From Pseudomonadota bacterium (lineage in GTDB: Bacteria > Pseudomonadota > Alphaproteobacteria > Caulobacterales > Caulobacteraceae): a stretch of 64,000 bases of DNA. The position numbers and the translations under genes are program-made. Position 1 is the stretch's first letter. Each line of letters begins with the position of its first letter. Of the stretch, positions 59,191 through 64,000 are shown in pieces. A model generated the notes under the pieces. It saw nothing but the letters and a program-made list of their open reading frames with translations. It was not told the origin of the DNA and searched no databases. The stretch covers positions 24,173 through 88,172 of the forward strand of contig JBJOJL010000003.1 of the NCBI GenBank assembly GCA_046046615.1, read 5' to 3'.

Positions 59191-60255
59191 ATGAAGTTCG
59201 CCGCCCTCGCCCTGGCCTCCGCCCTGACCCTCGCCGTCGCGCCGGCTGCCGACGCCTGCTCGCGCGCCACCTGGCTGGGCGACGACGGCGCCGTCATCAC
59301 CGGCCGGTCGATGGACTGGCCCTACGACTTCAACACCCATTTCTACGTCATCCCGAGGGGCTTCCAGAACGAGGGCATCAAGGGCGGCCTGACCTGGGCC
59401 AGCAAGTTCGGGACGGTCGTCGCGGCCGGTTCCATGACCCCCGGCGGGCCGATCGACGGCGCCTTTGACGGCGTCAACGAGAAGGGCCTGGGCGCCAACC
59501 TCCTCTACCTCGCCGAAGCCGACTTCGGGCCTGCGCCAGCATCCGCCAAGCCGCGGATCTCGATGGGCGCCTGGGTCCAGTACATCCTCTCCAACTATTC
59601 CACCGTGTCCGAGGTCGTGGAGGCGATGAAATCGGACCCGATCTACATCGTGCCCTCCACCTTCGGACCCGGCGGCGCGGGCCATCCGACGGTCCACCTG
59701 TCCATCAGCGACGCCTCGGGGGACTCCGCCGTCATCGAGTACATCAAGGGCAAGCCGGTGATCCATCACGACCGGTCCTTCCAGGTGATGACGAACAGCC
59801 CGACCTTCGAAAAGCAGCTGACCCTCAACACCTACTGGAGCCGGATGGACGGCTCGCGGGTCCTGCCCGGCTCCCACCAGTCCGAGGACCGCTTCGTGCG
59901 GGCCAGCTACTACCTGAAGCGCCTGGGCACGACCGAGACCGACCCGCGCAAGCAGGTGGCCGGCGTCTTCTCGGTGATGCGCAATGTCTCCGTGCCCTGG
60001 GGCGCCCCGGACCCCGACCATCCGAACATCGCCCCCACCTACTGGCGGACGGTCATCGACCACACCCGCGGGGTCTACTATTTCGAGTCCGCCCTCAGCC
60101 CCTATGTGGTGGCCCTGGACCTGAAGACCCTCGACTTCTCGCCCAAGTCGGGGGTGCGGAGCGTGGCCCTGGAGGGCAAGGACAGCTATTCGCTGGTCGG
60201 CCTGATCAACAAGTCCCTGAAGCCGACGGCGCCAATCGCCTACCTGGCGCCCTGA
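59191..60255 (+). CDS. Exported Ntn hydrolase, choloylglycine hydrolase / penicillin V acylase family
   Basis: Signal ending ADA, then the nucleophile Cys (CSR). ITGRSMDW, DGVNEKGL, MTNSP and LPGS...EDRFVR motifs. Confidence 0.9.
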   Translation: MKFAALALASALTLAVAPAADACSRATWLGDDGAVITGRSMDWPYDFNTHFYVIPRGFQNEGIKGGLTWASKFGTVVAAGSMTPGGPIDGAFDGVNEKGLGANLLYLAEADFGPAPASAKPRISMGAWVQYILSNYSTVSEVVEAMKSDPIYIVPSTFGPGGAGHPTVHLSISDASGDSAVIEYIKGKPVIHHDRSFQVMTNSPTFEKQLTLNTYWSRMDGSRVLPGSHQSEDRFVRASYYLKRLGTTETDPRKQVAGVFSVMRNVSVPWGAPDPDHPNIAPTYWRTVIDHTRGVYYFESALSPYVVALDLKTLDFSPKSGVRSVALEGKDSYSLVGLINKSLKPTAPIAYLAP

Positions 60256-60272
60256 CCTACCTGGCGCCCTGA
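60239..60272. repeat. Exact 17-bp tandem duplication (CCTACCTGGCGCCCTGA x2) containing the stop codon
   Basis: Copies at 60239-60255 and 60256-60272. Confidence 0.9.
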
Positions 60273-60279
60273 GTCCCGG

Positions 60280-60708
60280 TCAGTTGAGGTCCCGTCGGTC
60301 CGGCGGGACCTGAGGCAGGGGCGCGACCGGCACCCCGTCCTCTGCGAGGGCGCGGGCCTCCTCGGGGGTGGCCTCGCCATAGATCCCCCGTTCCTCCGAG
60401 CGGCCCTCGTGGATGGCCCGGGCCTCCCGGGCGAAGGCGTCGCCGACATAGTCGAAGTTGTCCTCGACGTGCTGGCGGACCCGGCTGGCCATCTCCATCA
60501 TCATCTCGCGCGAGGGGCCCGGCGCAGGCGCCTCCCGCCCCTTGGCGGTGACCACTGCGGGGGCCATGATCTGCTTGCGGACTTCGGCGGACCCGCACAT
60601 CGGGCAGGCGACAAGGCTTCGGGCGGACTGGTCGTCGAAGTCGCCCGAGCTTCCGAACCAGCCCTCGAAGTCGTGGCCGGCGGCGCAGACCAGGGCGTAG
60701 CGGATCAC
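60280..60708 (-). CDS. DUF1178 family protein (Zn-ribbon-like)
   Basis: MIRYALVCAAGHDFEGWF...VACPMCGS...VEDNFDYVGDAFAREAR...IYG. Confidence 0.88.
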   Translation of the reverse strand: MIRYALVCAAGHDFEGWFGSSGDFDDQSARSLVACPMCGSAEVRKQIMAPAVVTAKGREAPAPGPSREMMMEMASRVRQHVEDNFDYVGDAFAREARAIHEGRSEERGIYGEATPEEARALAEDGVPVAPLPQVPPDRRDLN

Positions 60709-61532
60709 GCGAGGGGCTCCGGGCCTGAGAAGGTGCGGGCGTTGGCCAGGGCCGGGATGGCGCGCCGGGCGCGGGCCGCAGCGTCCAGGTCGAGATCAAC
60801 CACCAATACACCTGGCTCGTCATGGTCGAGGACGCCCAGCACCTCGCCCCAGGGTCCGACCGCGAGGCTACGCCCCCAGGTCCCGCGCCGGTCTTCGTGG
60901 AAACCGCCCTGGGCCGGAGCCAGGACGAAGCTGCCGGTCTCGATGGCCCGGGCGCGGAGCAGGATCTCCCAGTGCGCCTCCCCGGTCGGTCGGGTGAAGG
61001 CGGCGGGCACGCTCATCACCTCCGCCCCGGCCAGGGCCAGGGCCCGGTAGAGGGCGGGGAAGCGCATGTCGTAGCAGATGGACAGGCCCAGCCGGGCGTC
61101 GCCGGCCCGGGCCGTGACAGCCCTGTCGCCGGGAGCGTAGGCGGCGCTCTCGCGCGCCGTCTCGCCATTGGGCAGGTCGACGTCGAACATGTGCAGCTTG
61201 TCGTACCAGGCCGCCACCTCGCCATCATGGCCGACCAGCAGGCTGCGGTTGGCCGCCTTCTCGCCGCCCGCATCCACCAGGGCCGAGCCTACCAGGACAT
61301 GAAGCCTCCGCTCGCGGGCGAAGTCGCGCAGGCCGCAGACCACAGGATCGGCGTCCATCGTCGTGAGGGCCGCGTTCAGCAGGTCCCGGTCCTTCTGGAG
61401 GATGTTGGTTCCCTCAGGCGTGAGGATCAGCTCCGCGCCGGCCTCCGCCGCCTGGCGGACCAGGGGCAGGACATGATCCAGGGCGGCGGCCTGGGTCGCC
61501 GGCGTCCGGGTCTGGACCAGGGCGACGCGCAT
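60705..61532 (-). CDS. Carbon-nitrogen hydrolase, Nit1/YbeM (deaminated glutathione amidase-like)
   Basis: Catalytic triad E (LTPEG), K (YDKLHMFDV) and C (SICYDMRFP); PAAFT and HWEILLRARAIE. Confidence 0.9.
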   Translation of the reverse strand: MRVALVQTRTPATQAAALDHVLPLVRQAAEAGAELILTPEGTNILQKDRDLLNAALTTMDADPVVCGLRDFARERRLHVLVGSALVDAGGEKAANRSLLVGHDGEVAAWYDKLHMFDVDLPNGETARESAAYAPGDRAVTARAGDARLGLSICYDMRFPALYRALALAGAEVMSVPAAFTRPTGEAHWEILLRARAIETGSFVLAPAQGGFHEDRRGTWGRSLAVGPWGEVLGVLDHDEPGVLVVDLDLDAAARARRAIPALANARTFSGPEPLA

Positions 61533-61537
61533 GCGAC

Positions 61538-61795
61538 CTACCCCGCCAGCAGGGCGTCGAGGCGGCCCTGCGCCTCCAGGTCGTGCAGGTCATCGCAACC
61601 GCCGACATGGTGGGAGCCGATGAAGATCTGGGGATAGGTGGCGGCGCCACCTGACTTTTTCAGCATTTCCTCACGCTTGGCGGGATCGAAGGCTGCTTCG
61701 ATCTCGGTCACCTGCGCGCCCTTGCGCTCCAGAAGGCCGAGGGCCCGGACGCAGTAGGGGCAGAAGGGCTTGGTGTAGATGGTCACGGCGGCCAT
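61538..61795 (-). CDS. grxC: Glutaredoxin 3
   Basis: CPYC active site, TYPQIFIG and VGGCDDL motifs. Confidence 0.95.
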   Translation of the reverse strand: MAAVTIYTKPFCPYCVRALGLLERKGAQVTEIEAAFDPAKREEMLKKSGGAATYPQIFIGSHHVGGCDDLHDLEAQGRLDALLAG

Positions 61796-61825
61796 GCGGC
61801 TCTCCCTGGGGCTCTGCGGCCCAGA

Positions 61826-62611
61826 CTATATGGTGAGGCTTGCCGGGTCTTTAACCCTGGCGATGACGGCCGCGTCCACCCCTGCGGCGCCGGCGGCCTT
61901 CAGCGCCCGGGCGCAGGCCTCGAGGGTGGCGCCGGTGGTCATGACATCATCGATGAGGAGGATGCGCCGACCCTCCACCTCTCGGCGGCGGCTGTCAGGG
62001 ACCCTGAAGGCCGCTGCGACGTTCCGCCGCCGACCCGTCCCCGAGCGCCCCGCCTGCGCGCCCGTGTCCCGCCGGCGGACCAGGGCGTCGGCCAGGTAGT
62101 CCCGCGACCAGAGCCGGGCCAGGGGCCGGGCGATCTCCGCCGCCTGGTTGTAGCGCCGGCGGAACAGGCGCGAGGGATGCAGGGGCACGGGGGCGATGGC
62201 GTCGGCTCCGGCCAGCAGGTCCCGGGACGAGCGCGAGATCCAGGCCGCGAACAGGCGCGAGAGGTCCGTCCGGTCGGCGTACTTGAGCTGGAGGACCAGG
62301 CCGCGCGAGGCCTCATCGTAGAGGCAGGCCGCCCGGGCGCGGTCGAAGGCCCGGGGCTTGGCCAGGCAGGCCGGGCAGCGGGCGCCGGCCCCGAGGCTGA
62401 ACTCGAAGGGCGTCCCGCAGCCGTCGCAGACCGGATCGTCCAGGAAGGTGATGCGGCTCCAGGCCTCTGCGGAAAGCCCGGGGGTCTGGACCGGGCGGTC
62501 GTCATCCAGGGCGCGGTGGGGATAGATGACGTCCAGCGCCGCCCGGCCCGCCCGTACGAGGGCCCCGGCGGGTTCCCAGGCCCGGCCGAAAGGTTCATTG
62601 TCGCGGCCCAT
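61826..62611 (-). CDS. comF: ComF family protein (double Zn ribbon + PRTase)
   Basis: CDGCG...CPAC, VPLHPSRLFRRRYNQA and LLIDDVMTTGATL motifs. Start set at ATG 62611. Confidence 0.9.
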   Translation of the reverse strand: MGRDNEPFGRAWEPAGALVRAGRAALDVIYPHRALDDDRPVQTPGLSAEAWSRITFLDDPVCDGCGTPFEFSLGAGARCPACLAKPRAFDRARAACLYDEASRGLVLQLKYADRTDLSRLFAAWISRSSRDLLAGADAIAPVPLHPSRLFRRRYNQAAEIARPLARLWSRDYLADALVRRRDTGAQAGRSGTGRRRNVAAAFRVPDSRRREVEGRRILLIDDVMTTGATLEACARALKAAGAAGVDAAVIARVKDPASLTI

Positions 62612-63539
62612 GCCGCCCTCCGCTTCGCCCCCGCGAATTTTTGACCGCGATCTCCTGCGCCGGCGGCTGGACCGGGCCGCCCCCGGATACGCCGGGGCCG
62701 ACTTCCTGAAGCGCCGCGCCGCAGGCGACATCGTGATGCGCCTGGAGGCCATCCTGCGCGACTTCCCCCGCGCCGTCGACCTCGGAGCCCGCAACGGCGC
62801 CTTCGCCCAGGCCCTGGCGGACAGCGAGGCGGCCGCGCGGGTGGGCCTTCTGGTCGAGGCGGACCTCTCAGGCGCCATGCTGGCCGGCCGTGCAGGAATG
62901 CGCCTCGTCGCCGACGAGGAGCGCCTGCCCTTCGCCCCGGCCAGCCTCGACCTCATCGTCTCAAGCCTGTCCCTGCACTGGGCCAATGACGTGGTCGGCG
63001 CCCTGGTCCAGGCGCGCCTGGCGCTCAAGCCCGACGGCCTCTTCATCGGCGCCCTGTTCGGCGGGGCGACCCTGACCGAGCTGCGCCAGGCCCTGACCGC
63101 CGCCGAGCTGGAGCTGACCGGCGGGGCCGGGCCCCGGGTCTCGCCCTTCGCCGATCCCTCGGACGCCGCAGGCCTCCTGCAGAGGGCCGGCTTCGCCCTG
63201 CCCGTGGCCGACGTCGACCGGGTGACCGTGCGTTACGACCATCCCCTCAAGCTGATGGCGGACCTGCGGCGGATGGGCGAGACCTCCGTCCTGGCTGAGC
63301 GGCACCCCCGCCCGCTGACCCGGAAGGTGCTGGCCCGGGCCTTCGAGATCTACCAGAGGGACTTCGCGGGGCCGGACGGGCGGATCGCCGCCACCTTCGA
63401 GATCCTGACCCTGACGGGCTGGTCGCCCTCGGAGATCCAGCAGAAGCCCCTCCGGCCAGGTTCGGCCAAGATGCGGCTGGCCGACGCCCTGGGCGGGGAG
63501 GAGCACAGCGTCCCAGGGACCCGGCCTCAGCAGCGCTGA
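62610..63539 (+). CDS. SAM-dependent methyltransferase, BioC/NDUFAF5-like
   Basis: IFDRDLLRRRLDRA, VDLGAR, DEERLPF, LHWAND, GPRVSPF, AGFALPVAD and ATFEILTLTGW motifs. ATG at 62610. Confidence 0.85.
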   Translation: MPPSASPPRIFDRDLLRRRLDRAAPGYAGADFLKRRAAGDIVMRLEAILRDFPRAVDLGARNGAFAQALADSEAAARVGLLVEADLSGAMLAGRAGMRLVADEERLPFAPASLDLIVSSLSLHWANDVVGALVQARLALKPDGLFIGALFGGATLTELRQALTAAELELTGGAGPRVSPFADPSDAAGLLQRAGFALPVADVDRVTVRYDHPLKLMADLRRMGETSVLAERHPRPLTRKVLARAFEIYQRDFAGPDGRIAATFEILTLTGWSPSEIQQKPLRPGSAKMRLADALGGEEHSVPGTRPQQR

Positions 63540-64000
63540 AGCGGGCCCGGCGTACGGTCCGGCGCAAGGTCGACCAGGATGTCGCCGGGCGGGTCGGCGA
63601 TCAGCCGCCGGGTGATCCGCTCGTAGCGGGCCAGGAAGTCGTCCAGCTCGCCCTCGCCCATGGCCCGGCCGGGCCGTCCGGCCGCGATGGCCCGTGCCAG
63701 CTCCGCCTCCTGTTCCCCCCGCCAGCGCCGCACGGTCGGAAAGTCTGGCGCGCGCAGGAAGACCGTCAGGTCCGGGGCCTCGAAGAGGGGAGCGTAGGGT
63801 CCCGCCAGGGCCGCCTCCACGGCCCCGCGCCAGGTCCCGTCGGGGTCGCGCTCGTGCTCCAGCGCATTGATGGGGGCTGAAGCCGCCGCCGAGGGATCAG
63901 GCCGGGCCCCCAGGCACCAGCCCTCGAGGATCACGACGTCGGCGGGCCCCTCGAAGACCGGCCGCCCGGCCTCCGGGACAGGGGCGTCGCGCCCCTTGTC
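63527..64000 (-). CDS. P-loop kinase, D-glycerate 3-kinase-like, C-terminal part only (runs off the window edge)
   Basis: DKGRD...DVVILEGWCLG, INALE and WRGEQE...FLARYERIT resemble GLYK-like kinases. Open to the window end. Confidence 0.7.
   Translation of the reverse strand, partial: DKGRDAPVPEAGRPVFEGPADVVILEGWCLGARPDPSAAASAPINALEHERDPDGTWRGAVEAALAGPYAPLFEAPDLTVFLRAPDFPTVRRWRGEQEAELARAIAAGRPGRAMGEGELDDFLARYERITRRLIADPPGDILVDLAPDRTPGPLQRC

Noticed and set aside
63527-63539. 13-nt convergent overlap of the methyltransferase and kinase 3' ends as a regulatory feature
   Set aside because: Several convergent pairs in this window nearly touch (8094/8099, 17321/17325, 42284/42291), so this looks like general compaction.

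Overview
Very GC-rich chromosomal window from a Caulobacteraceae-type alphaproteobacterium (Phenylobacterium/Caulobacter-like). The assignment is inferred from ctrA, the fliF-fliG-fliH-fliN-flbD-flhA operon, sspB and a two-piece permuted tmRNA with tag ANDNFAEEVRLAA. The window is densely coding and mostly core genome: a DevBCA-like ABC exporter, serB/miaA, ilvI and a displaced ilvH, ssrA-sspB, class II flagellar genes next to ctrA, the ubiG-lysC-ptsP-rodZ-ispG-prfA-prmC-DUF4167-clpB block, and comF-grxC-nit-DUF1178. I see no integrase, transposase, phage gene, CRISPR array, rRNA or tRNA gene, and no clear multi-gene novel system such as a defence island or biosynthetic cluster. The most interesting signals are small and mostly non-coding: (1) an unannotated Val/Leu leader-peptide attenuator upstream of ilvI; (2) a roughly 220-nt leader with mutually exclusive helices and an Arg-rich uORF, ahead of a DUF4167 gene carrying 12 R-D/E-D/E-R-x pentapeptide repeats; (3) a 6 x 14-bp tandem array abutting a predicted leaderless, GANTC-containing ispG promoter; (4) two copies of a palindromic REP/CIR-like element between convergent genes; (5) two divergent gene pairs whose start codons overlap in a single CATG; (6) a thioesterase / C13 peptidase / membrane serine hydrolase run directly behind ssrA-sspB. 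Family names come from motif recognition by eye, not from database searches.
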